64,000 bases of DNA from assembly GCA_963681965.1 (NCBI GenBank), contig OY820579.1, forward strand, positions 2,624,001 through 2,688,000, written 5' to 3'. Shown here one piece after another: positions 52,969-62,740 of the stretch. Origin of the DNA: a bacterium (GTDB lineage: Bacteria; Electryoneota; JAOADG01). The notes beneath the pieces are model-generated. The model was given only the letters and a program-made list of their open reading frames with translations, was not told the origin of the DNA and made no database searches. How positions within the stretch are numbered: position 1 is the stretch's first letter; every line of letters begins with the position of its first letter. Position numbers and translations under genes: made by a program.

Positions 52969-53889
52969 TCATCTCGAGACTATCCGCCTTATTTCCTTCT
53001 CTAACTCAAGAGTATTTACATCAGATCGAAGAATGCCTTTTCGATCAATTATTAACAGACGGGGTAAACTTGAAATACCCAAAGCTTTTTTCCAGTAATT
53101 TCTCTTCTCTAATCCAATCGGGGCAATAACTTCGTGCCAGGGGAGATCCGCTTTTAATAAGGCTTCCTGCGCTTTTTCAATTGTAAAATCATGATTAATT
53201 CCGATTACTTCAAATCCTTTCGAATGAAGTTCAGAATATATCTGTTTCAACATCGGCATTTTCTTCATACAAGGATTACACCAAGTTGCCCAGAAATCAA
53301 GTAGAATTACTTTGCCCAGAAAATTTCGCGAATTGATTATCATTCCATCAGCACATTTTATTTGGAAGGCGTATGGCTTGCCGATTTGTGGAAAAGGTAA
53401 TGCGCTTTCACCCATTTGTTGGAGTTGCTTGAAAGCATTTGGTGCAATGACATCTCTTAGATTATCCAGTGTCAATGCTTCGATTCCGAAGTAAGCCAGT
53501 CGATCGCAATTAAGTCTATTCGATGGCATAACGAATGTGTGTAATGAGACATTCTCCGTGGATCCACCAGTACTATTCTCAAATTCGAAACGGTTACCGC
53601 AAGAGTCAAAGCCAATCACTCGGAAGTCATACAGACCAGAAATTTTATCACTGGAATTTGCAACTGAAACCGATAAATCACCAGATCTCAGAATTTCGCG
53701 AGAAATTACAAAACCATTGATACAGCATAGTGGACTGGTATTATCTATCGGTTGAATTTGCCAGATCCATCCCGGTTGATTGGGGAACTGTCGAACCTCG
53801 GCATAAACAGTTGAATTTTTTGAAATCAAAAACACAAGTAGGATGAGCGCGGTAATAGATAACTGTATGAGTCTACTAACCTGTTTCAT
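52969..53889 (-). CDS. Exported TlpA/ResA-like thiol-disulfide oxidoreductase with extra N-terminal domain
   Basis: GKVILLDFWATWCNPC, LPRLLIIDRKG; N-terminal signal/TM segment. Confidence 0.88.
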   Translation of the reverse strand: MKQVSRLIQLSITALILLVFLISKNSTVYAEVRQFPNQPGWIWQIQPIDNTSPLCCINGFVISREILRSGDLSVSVANSSDKISGLYDFRVIGFDSCGNRFEFENSTGGSTENVSLHTFVMPSNRLNCDRLAYFGIEALTLDNLRDVIAPNAFKQLQQMGESALPFPQIGKPYAFQIKCADGMIINSRNFLGKVILLDFWATWCNPCMKKMPMLKQIYSELHSKGFEVIGINHDFTIEKAQEALLKADLPWHEVIAPIGLEKRNYWKKALGISSLPRLLIIDRKGILRSDVNTLELEKEIRRIVSR

Positions 53890-54131
53890 CTGACTCTCCC
53901 TAAAATTGAATGACCACTATCAGATCGACACACAATATTGAAGTATATAGTTATCGATCCACAATTAAGTAACTAGTGAATATGTTAATTCACGGTGGTG
54001 CTGCAAACATTCCGATTAAAGCATTAAAACATTGCTATTGAAAAAGAAAATCGATCAATCCAAATCTTGGTATATACAGTAACTGAAACAGCAATTAGGT
54101 GTTACAGGATTTAATTGTGTTTATTGATAAT

Positions 54132-54172
54132 TCAATCGCACCAGATCGGATGGATTGATCTGGTGCGATTGA
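54132..54172 (-). terminator. Strong hairpin downstream of the 1484-aa gene
   Basis: tcaatcgcaccagatc-N9-gatctggtgcgattga, 16-bp perfect stem, AT-rich flanks. Confidence 0.75.
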
Positions 54173-54196
54173 TTATTCAGGGAACTACCACAATGT

Positions 54197-57100
54197 TCAT
54201 TTCAACAAGTCGAAAGAGTTGCGTCGATCAAGATTCTTTTCCGACTGTTCGTGAATAGTGGTTCCCAATTCGTTGGAATTTGCGCAAGTTGCAGTAAACG
54301 TATTAAAAGCCGTTACCCGGTAATAGAACGCTGTCGATGGGAGGGCATTCGGAATTGTGAATTGAGTAATACTACCATCCGATACCGTTCCAATTAAAGC
54401 TACAGTTCCGGGTGGATTGAAGTATCCAGTAGTCGATCGATAGATATTATATCCCGAAACAGTACCAGTTGCCGCAGACCAGTTTAATACTAGATTATTC
54501 CCAACGACTGTAAGCGTCAGATTAGTAGGTGTAGTGGCAACCGCCCAACTGTTTCCAAACACATGAATCGAAACCGTCATTGCATTCGATGCGTTCGAGA
54601 TGATCGTCAAATCGCCGACAATAGAAGTTATCAAAGTAGGAGTCCAATTGAGTTGAAGACTCAATGAATCCCCGGAGAGAATAGTAATCGGAAAAGTATT
54701 CCAGTTGCTACTGATCCCGGAAGGTAATATCAGTTGTGTAATTGACAATGTGGCGGTTCCGGGATTTCGAACATATAATCCCTGATGACCGGTAGTACTA
54801 ACCTGAACTGATCCGAAAGATATCGATATAACACTAGCTTCGATTTGTGGTAGTGGTACCCAACAAATGCCTGCGAGTGAAATCGAATCTACTGGATTAT
54901 TCGTTGCAGATGAAGAGATGATTAAGGATCCGCTTAAAGCCGAACCCGATATTGGTGACCAAGTGATTTGCATCGCAAGCGAATCGCCGGGAGCAATCGT
55001 TACCGGTAAAGTATTACAGTTGTGCGTAACGGTTGGCGGAGCTGATATCTGCGTGATCGTATACGGATAGTTTCCGGAATTGAACAATATTAGTGAACGT
55101 TGTGCGGATAAATTCACTTGAACCGATCCAAAATCCAGTACAGAAACACTAGTCTCAATCACCGCCTGCGGTACCCAACTGGAACCGGTTAGAAATACAG
55201 TATCCACAGGCGTGTTAATGACATTCGAAATGATTATGCATCTACCTGATTGATCGATAAGGGTCGTGTTACTATTTGGTGTCCACGTAAGTTGTAATGC
55301 CACCGAATCGCCTGCAGCTATTGAAATCGGAAAGGAAGTCCAGTTAGCAGAAAAAGTTGGTGGAAAGAATAAATTACTGATACGGAGCGGTGCTAATCCA
55401 CCATTTCTCACCATTGTCGATCGAGTAACTTGATTTCCAACCATTACTGTTCCAAACGATACTGTTGCTGGATTCATCGAGATTGTCGGTTTCGGATACG
55501 TAAACAACAGCGCCGTTTTACTGATCGGTTGAAAACTATTGGATCCGTATTGTATGAAACTGGTACCGGTAGTTGCCCCCTGAATGCCAATAGTCGCATT
55601 GAAAACAGTTGGGGAGGGGATAGTATCATACTGAAATAATATGTCACCGCTGTTATTTAAAATAACTTGAAACCGAATTTGATTGTTCAGATCTCCAATT
55701 CGACGTGCCCAATAGGATATAACAAACCGACCATCAAGCAACCGCTGTGTCATCACCCGATCATTTGAGGTTGAAATCATCGTCAAATCGTCCCATAGTG
55801 GGAATAATACGCATGGACGGGATGCAGAGGCAGCAGGCAAATTGGTATTGTTGTAAGCTTGCCATACTGAAGGACCGAAAACAATGAACCCATTCGAACT
55901 AAAAGTAAGGGTATCGCCAACCGTCGATCCATAAAATGGCATCTGGAAGCCGCTATTGGAAATCGTACCTAACGCTTCATCGCCATTCAACCAAATTGCG
56001 CTACCGGTTGTTGAAATATCGATCCAATGATACACCGGACCGGAACTGGAATAGTTACCGGCAAACAGGTAATTACCGGTATAGGGACCACCGGTTTGAG
56101 GTGGAAGTACTGATGGTCCGAAAAAACTACCGGATGCAGGCAGTCGGATATTGCCGCTTGAATAAGATGCGTAAAAATAATAACTGTAATTTGCGGCATT
56201 AGATAACGTGACCGAAGTACTCCATACTTCCGTACCCGGTAACGATCCCGATTGTAATGTCATCGGATAGGAAGTAGAATTGAGATTGAGTAGTACTTGC
56301 GTCGGTGCGGTTCCCGTTACATAAGAAGTGTAGTTAACGGTGAATTGAAAGTTCCCGTTCACGACACCCACAGTCGGAAAAACCTCATTATTTGTTAGCA
56401 CGCTCGAAATCGCTGTTCCAATTAACATTGAACTAGTTGTACCACTGATTGCGTCTGATTCAATTGAAAGTGAACTCAACAGTGCACCTGACGCAGGAGG
56501 TTGCCAGGTCACATTGTATGAAGTGGAATCGCCAGCAGCGATCGTAACTGATGAAGTAGATGGAGTAACATTCGCCGGTGTGGTCATTCCGGTGATATGC
56601 AATGGTACAGCGCTGAAGTTCCTGATTTGGAAAGCTCGCGTTGAATTACCGTTAATTGGAACCAACCCAAAATCGATCGAAGCAGGAGTGATTTTACACC
56701 AAGGCAATGTCGGATCGAATTGAATCGCGAAATTTGATTCACCCGGCATAGTATTCGAGCCGAATTGAAGATAACCGCCGGGTAACATATTGTTTTGGAT
56801 ACCGATTGAAGCACTGAATTTATCGGCACCGATCGTAGTATTGTACTGATATCGGATCGTACCGTTACGGTACAAGATTGCTTCTGCTAGAATGGTTGAA
56901 GTCGGAAAGTATACATTGTGCGCATAGTATTCTATAATAAATCTGCCATCGAGCATATCCTTATACCAGATTCCTTCAGTCGAATTTGGCACGATTGCCG
57001 CATCATCCCAGAATAATGCCAACGTAGCAGTGGGTAGAGTCGCGGTGGGGAAGTTTACATTCACTGCCGTTGATATCGTGGTTGGTCCCAAAGTAATCAG

Positions 57101-58651
57101 TCCATTGGTGCTGACAGCAATATTTCCATTGTATTCCGATCCGTAAAAGGGGAAGATGAACGAACCTAAGCTAAAAGATGAAAATGCTTCGTCGCCGCTC
57201 AGTGATAATTTTGTTCCAGAAGAGCGGATGTCTACCCAATTGTACGCCGGTCCACTAGCATTGGTGCTTGTTCGATACATATAACCTGCTGCAGTGGGAG
57301 CGACGGTACTGGGGGGGCGAATATCGACGATAATAGTATCGTGTGCGACGCTGTCGTATGAATCAGTGGCGTTAACAATTACTGTCGAATATCCAAACGA
57401 GCTGCTAGATATCTGCAGATCAGTACCTACAATGGAAGGGGTGACAGAAGTACCTTGTCCGAAACTGGGAATAACCGAACAAGAATAGGTGAGGTGGTCG
57501 CCATAGGGTAGATCGGGATCGGAGAAAATAGTATCTAGATTTGCGATAGTAAGATTGGTAATGGGCGAATCGAGATACAGTGGTGCAATGTGGCGATCAA
57601 GCATGGGATTATTGTCTAATACCACTGAAAACGACAATTGATCGCGAATACTCCATCGTCCATGGCTGTCTTGGACTCGGAAATAGGCAACATGTGGTCC
57701 GAGTGGTAAGCCGGTTAATGGCGCTATAAGATGAATATTAGGCTGTTGTGACGGGATAAATGGAATAGAAATGCCATTACCATATCCGGGGTCACTATCG
57801 ATATAATACTCGCATCGGGTTATTGTTCCGATCGGGAGCGGATACGAGGATGTATCGCTCCAAACAAGAAAACTACTGGCAACAGGAACACTGTACGACC
57901 AAATTCCGCAATCGCCTTTAGCGCGAATGTAGATTTGATGAATACCGTTCGCGACGCCATTCAATGGAACCACAAATTGACCGTCAGTTGCATGTCCGGG
58001 ACTCGATGCCGCGACATAAAATCCATGTCCAGCACCGGGATCGTCGTCGATAAATGTTTCGAAACCGATAATATTGCCAGTTAAATTCGAGCTAATCGAG
58101 GTAGTATCTGTCCAAACCATGAAACGTGCGGTTCCTTGACTACCTAGCGACCATTTGCCATCATTGCACTTGGCTCTGATCGTGATCGTGTGAACGCCGT
58201 TACTAATTTGGTTGAGCGGCATCATGATCATCTGTGAGCAGGTGGTTGCGGGATTGAGTTGGGCAAAATAGGTACCATATCCTAACCCGGGATCGATATC
58301 AATGAAGCACTCGTAACCAACGATTGTTTTGCCGACAGTATCACTTGCAGTAGAATTGTCTGACCATAAAAGAAAACGATTATAGACAGGTGTTTGCAGT
58401 GACCAGTTACCATTATTGCTCTGGGCGCGAATACCAATTTGATGAATACCGGCACTCAATCCGGTTAAATCGGCATTGAAAGTAAAATTGATCACTGAAT
58501 CAGGATTAACTGGTACGATTCTTCCGTGACCAATTCCTTGATCAAGGTCAAAGTAGTATTCCAGCCGGGTGACTGATTGTGCATTCGCTAGAGCCACACA
58601 TAAAGTAACTAAGCACCATAGTGTTAGTGACAACTTCCATCGCCTTCTCAT
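54197..58651 (-). CDS. Large secreted protein (1484 aa): 4 E(Y/C/T)(Y/F).D.D(P/Q)G.G repeats, two nidogen-like domains, ~4 ASH-like domains, shared C-terminal module
   Basis: Signal peptide ANA-Q; repeats EYYFDLDQG, ECFIDIDPG, ETFIDDDPG, EYYIDSDPG; FPFYG..STNG..FWDD-type motif twice. Confidence 0.88.
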   Translation of the reverse strand: MRRRWKLSLTLWCLVTLCVALANAQSVTRLEYYFDLDQGIGHGRIVPVNPDSVINFTFNADLTGLSAGIHQIGIRAQSNNGNWSLQTPVYNRFLLWSDNSTASDTVGKTIVGYECFIDIDPGLGYGTYFAQLNPATTCSQMIMMPLNQISNGVHTITIRAKCNDGKWSLGSQGTARFMVWTDTTSISSNLTGNIIGFETFIDDDPGAGHGFYVAASSPGHATDGQFVVPLNGVANGIHQIYIRAKGDCGIWSYSVPVASSFLVWSDTSSYPLPIGTITRCEYYIDSDPGYGNGISIPFIPSQQPNIHLIAPLTGLPLGPHVAYFRVQDSHGRWSIRDQLSFSVVLDNNPMLDRHIAPLYLDSPITNLTIANLDTIFSDPDLPYGDHLTYSCSVIPSFGQGTSVTPSIVGTDLQISSSSFGYSTVIVNATDSYDSVAHDTIIVDIRPPSTVAPTAAGYMYRTSTNASGPAYNWVDIRSSGTKLSLSGDEAFSSFSLGSFIFPFYGSEYNGNIAVSTNGLITLGPTTISTAVNVNFPTATLPTATLALFWDDAAIVPNSTEGIWYKDMLDGRFIIEYYAHNVYFPTSTILAEAILYRNGTIRYQYNTTIGADKFSASIGIQNNMLPGGYLQFGSNTMPGESNFAIQFDPTLPWCKITPASIDFGLVPINGNSTRAFQIRNFSAVPLHITGMTTPANVTPSTSSVTIAAGDSTSYNVTWQPPASGALLSSLSIESDAISGTTSSMLIGTAISSVLTNNEVFPTVGVVNGNFQFTVNYTSYVTGTAPTQVLLNLNSTSYPMTLQSGSLPGTEVWSTSVTLSNAANYSYYFYASYSSGNIRLPASGSFFGPSVLPPQTGGPYTGNYLFAGNYSSSGPVYHWIDISTTGSAIWLNGDEALGTISNSGFQMPFYGSTVGDTLTFSSNGFIVFGPSVWQAYNNTNLPAASASRPCVLFPLWDDLTMISTSNDRVMTQRLLDGRFVISYWARRIGDLNNQIRFQVILNNSGDILFQYDTIPSPTVFNATIGIQGATTGTSFIQYGSNSFQPISKTALLFTYPKPTISMNPATVSFGTVMVGNQVTRSTMVRNGGLAPLRISNLFFPPTFSANWTSFPISIAAGDSVALQLTWTPNSNTTLIDQSGRCIIISNVINTPVDTVFLTGSSWVPQAVIETSVSVLDFGSVQVNLSAQRSLILFNSGNYPYTITQISAPPTVTHNCNTLPVTIAPGDSLAMQITWSPISGSALSGSLIISSSATNNPVDSISLAGICWVPLPQIEASVISISFGSVQVSTTGHQGLYVRNPGTATLSITQLILPSGISSNWNTFPITILSGDSLSLQLNWTPTLITSIVGDLTIISNASNAMTVSIHVFGNSWAVATTPTNLTLTVVGNNLVLNWSAATGTVSGYNIYRSTTGYFNPPGTVALIGTVSDGSITQFTIPNALPSTAFYYRVTAFNTFTATCANSNELGTTIHEQSEKNLDRRNSFDLLK

Positions 58652-58675
58652 CGGAATTCCTCCTGGTTCGGGATG

Positions 58676-59665
58676 TCAGTATGCTCGCGCCGAAACTGTC
58701 ACGGGTAATCCGGTTTGGGTCGTTCCATGTCCGATTGTCTGAAACATTGTGATTTGTGGATAATAGGATCGACCGGAAAGTACATAGGCTGCTGGACCAC
58801 CAAAAGGACCGGCAGTTATACCATCCATACCTCCACTGATCGTCGGTGATCCCGCAGCTGTTTGGTACATTTGATCGCCTGAGCCGGTTCCTATGATCAT
58901 CGCAGAGACAGTAACATTGAAATGATTGAATAGGTCGGCTCGAGCGTTTCCGCCATTACCAGAAAAGAAATTGTATTCTGCTGCGGAATTCGAATGCAAG
59001 GTAAATGTCGAGCCGACTGCGATATTATTAAAAAAATCGGACCGATAGATATCGATCGAACCGCCGATATAATTATTGTATACAAGATTCATCGTGACCG
59101 ATGTACCATCACTGCATGTTAGATTGGATGTAATGATGTTGTTCTTGATTGTAGCAGTCGCATCGGTCATGATCGTTACCGATGAAACTTTCGATTGTTG
59201 AATGATGGTTGCTGTGCCCGACAAGTATACATTGTTACCATAACATTTTTTTATTGTCACGTTTGCAACGCCTTGATTGACTAGAATATTAGCAGTTTCG
59301 AATCCCTCGATTACTGAATTATCGCTTCCCGTTGCGAATGTAATGGTTCCGAAATGAGCACTGTTAGTATTGACCGGTGCTGGAATCAGATTCGTCAAGA
59401 AATAACCGGGACCAACGAAATACAATTGCTTCGAAATCGTTGCACTTCCATATCCACCATTGTTTTCACCAACACAGATGATCGTATCACCGATTGCTGC
59501 AGAATCGTTCGCACCTTGGGCAGTACGAAAATGAGCGACTGAACCGGGATTGCGATCGAGCACACGAATTGTTGCGTTAGCCGGATTGAAGCCGGCACTG
59601 AGTAAGGTTAGCAAAAGAACAAACAGTACAAGGAAATTGTGATGAGAGTGTACTTTCCTACTCAT
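58676..59665 (-). CDS. Secreted right-handed beta-helix protein
   Basis: Signal peptide; A..GDTI, GPGYFL, Asn/Ile-rich strands, GPFGG..YVLSG tail; 24 bp upstream of the 1484-aa gene. Confidence 0.8.
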   Translation of the reverse strand: MSRKVHSHHNFLVLFVLLLTLLSAGFNPANATIRVLDRNPGSVAHFRTAQGANDSAAIGDTIICVGENNGGYGSATISKQLYFVGPGYFLTNLIPAPVNTNSAHFGTITFATGSDNSVIEGFETANILVNQGVANVTIKKCYGNNVYLSGTATIIQQSKVSSVTIMTDATATIKNNIITSNLTCSDGTSVTMNLVYNNYIGGSIDIYRSDFFNNIAVGSTFTLHSNSAAEYNFFSGNGGNARADLFNHFNVTVSAMIIGTGSGDQMYQTAAGSPTISGGMDGITAGPFGGPAAYVLSGRSYYPQITMFQTIGHGTTQTGLPVTVSARAY

Positions 59666-59954
59666 GGTTTATACTCCATTCTTGGAAAAATTGCAGTTGT
59701 TCCCGACAATCATTGAAGAATATTCTTAAAGACTCGAGTAAGTTTAAAAAATTACTTGATATCCCAGGTCGAGATTGTATAAGACTACCTGATTGTCGGG
59801 AATTTCTAGCGCTCGTATCGATTAACAAATGAGCGCTTTATTGAGTAGTACACAAGGAAAGTGAGAATCTCGTGGGTACGAGGAAGCAGAAATTAATTAT
59901 CTTGTAAACTGATCGCAGAATAGATGTAAAAAATGAGTAATAAGTTGCAGATTA

Positions 59955-61970
59955 TTAATTAGTTGAAGTGTTGTATAGAATAAATCCAGACCATAGTTTC
60001 GGGTGTGGAACGCCCGTCATTTCCCGAGCGTCTCGAATTAATTCGATTTGCATTTCGTGAAAAGCTACCGCGATCGATTCGTTAAATAAGAGATTTTGAT
60101 AAAATTTCTGGACAGCTTGAAAACTTATTCTATCGGGTAATGGTTGAACTACCGCTACAACGCTATTTGCGCCAGCCTTTAAGAATGATCGAATTAAACC
60201 GATCGGACTTTCATGAATTCGCAATGTACCCAGACCAGTGTTGCATCCGGATAGAAACACTAGACTACCAGTGCATATATTCTCGGTATGTTCGATTTCG
60301 CTAGCTGTGACAATGCCGTTACCGTGATGCGGTTTACTACTACCGGATTCCAACCAATCATTCACACCCGAGAATACGATACCGCACTTTGCACTTTGCG
60401 ATAGAAATTCTTTCGGAGTGATTGCACGATTGTACTCGATATCTGTCGTTCGACCGTTCGCATCGCTTTGTGTATCGATCATATAAAAAAAACCGTGGGT
60501 TGCAATATGAAGAATCGTCGGTGATTGAATACGGAAGAATGACTGCTTCGTAGCATGAATTCCAGAATGATGAACTACTTTAAAATGGGATTGTGTAAGT
60601 GTATTATGTATCCATTTCCCCTCAAGTTCACTTGCCGGTAGGGGGGTAAAATTCGTAGTGAATCCGGCATTTGAAGTTGATGCTTGAGCAGAATATTTGT
60701 CTGAATCATCTGATCTCACGATAGATCGGAATTGGGTTTCGGATGGGGGGGATACTGAAAACCGAGGATTGGAAATCACGACGCACTTTCGGATTCCGTT
60801 TGTTAACATCGAACTGTAATATAAACCACTTCGCGCACTAAGAGCATACGAAATGTGAAACTTCTCAACAAGAAGAATATCGTTATCGTCGATTAATTGT
60901 TCGAATTGTAGCGACGCCAAGGTTCTATCTGGAACGATCAACAGTTTTCCAATACCGGGATCGATTGAAACTGAATTGAGTAACGGTTTAATCAGCAGTT
61001 GATACAATTGATTCGAAAGTGAATGCCATCGTACATAGCCGTCATCGTCTGTCGCAACATTTGCCAGTGTAAGTTCAGAAATTAAGTGATTGATGTGAGC
61101 AGCATCATTGATTACAATGAGATCGACTTCGACACCACGCTCTTTCCAATTGGTAATTACGAATGCGGTATATTGTCCTGTATTTCCACTTTCACTACCG
61201 GTATTTGTGTAATAGAAATCAATCACTGCAGTGTCAGGTGCCAATCTATTTGTAATATGTGATAAGGATAGTTCAAGCGAGTTAAATGTCCCAGGACGAT
61301 TCGTCTGTTCAACCGATAGTTCAGCAGACAATTCCTCATAACGTTTAATAAGTAAATTCCATTTGTCATTATTCGTTACGCATTTTCCGATAGCTAATTC
61401 GCTGAATGCTTCACTGATCGATCGAAGTTCGCGGATCGTTTTCGATGATTTTTTTCCAACTCGATTTTGTTGACGTGAATTGGATAAGTTTTTGAAAAAC
61501 TCTAGTTGTAAATAACCTTCAATTAAGTCTTTCGGTCGTATGTATGGTGATTTAAGAAATTGTAAAAATGATTGTACTACTTGAAATCCCATGGATTTAA
61601 AGATCGAGAGTTTGTTTGCGGAACTGTAAGGTGCTAGTACTTTTAACAAATTGTTTTGAAGACCGATACTCAGGAAGTAATAGATACGCGCTTTCGAATA
61701 TTTTTTCTTTTCCTGTAAGTAACAGTAACCCAAGTTCACTAAAGTATTACAATATTTCAATGTGTGATCGGTACCCCATTTAACTGAATCCCGTTGACTT
61801 GCACGCAAGTACTGTATCGCTTCGGGATACAGATGTAGTTCAACTAGTGTCGAGCCGATATTATGAAGTAATGGACTGTGATCGGATATTTTCCGATTGT
61901 GCTCAATTCGCCTCATTGATTTCCGATAGAAAGAAATCGCCAAATCTTGCCGATCCATTTTTACCAGAAG
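59955..61970 (-). pseudogene. TPR + CHAT (caspase-like) protease, 5' end probably removed by IS
   Basis: LHIATHGFF (His) and FLSGCNTGLG (Cys), LLIVPD, HPKLWSGF; TPR-like helices; frame stays open up to the IS end at 61971. Confidence 0.85.
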
Positions 61971-62740
61971 TGATCTGCCCCCATTATTTGTACCAGTGTC
62001 TATGTCACACTGGTCTCATTCCTGCGTAGCGTAGCGGAGCAGGAATGAGTGGTAACTCTGTTTCCGGTGCCGGCGGCAGATAGCCCAAAGAGCTGTGCGG
62101 TCGAATCGTATTGTAATGGTGCCGCCATTGTTCGATAATCACCTTTGCTTCCAATATGGTATCAAAGATTTCACCCTTCAGCAACAGTTTCAACCGACAG
62201 TTAAAACTTTCGATGTATCCGTTTTCCCACGGGCTGCCAGGCGTAATAAACAAGGGTTGCACATCAACCCGGGGCAGCCACGCTAGTACCTCATTCGCCG
62301 TAAACTCAGGGCCATTGTCACTACGAACATGAATCGGTGTACCTCGTACTACAAACAGTTCTTCCAGTACGCAAAGAACATCATCCGCCTTGATCTTCCG
62401 GGCTACCAGGATCGCAAGGCATTCCCGGGTGTATTCGTCCATGATCGCAAAGATCTTGAACGAACGACCATTCGACGTATGCCACGTGACAAAGTCGAAG
62501 CTCCAGACATGATCCGGATGTTCCGGACGTAGACGGATGCAGGAACCATCATTCAGCCACAGTCTTCGACGCTTCTTCTGCTTCTTCGGGACCTTCAGTC
62601 CGGACTGTCGCCAGATCCGTTCCACCCGTTTGTGGTTTACCCGCCAGCCGATGTTACGGATCATCGCCGTTACGATCCGGTAGCCATACCCGCCATACTG
62701 GCAAGCCAGAAATACCACCAGCGAGACCAACGGGCCTTCG
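61971..62740 (-). mobile_element. IS3 type 1, copy C, interrupted within orfB by a type 2 IS
   Basis: Matches copy A from its end up to ...cgggccttcg, then switches to the type 2 end. Confidence 0.95.
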
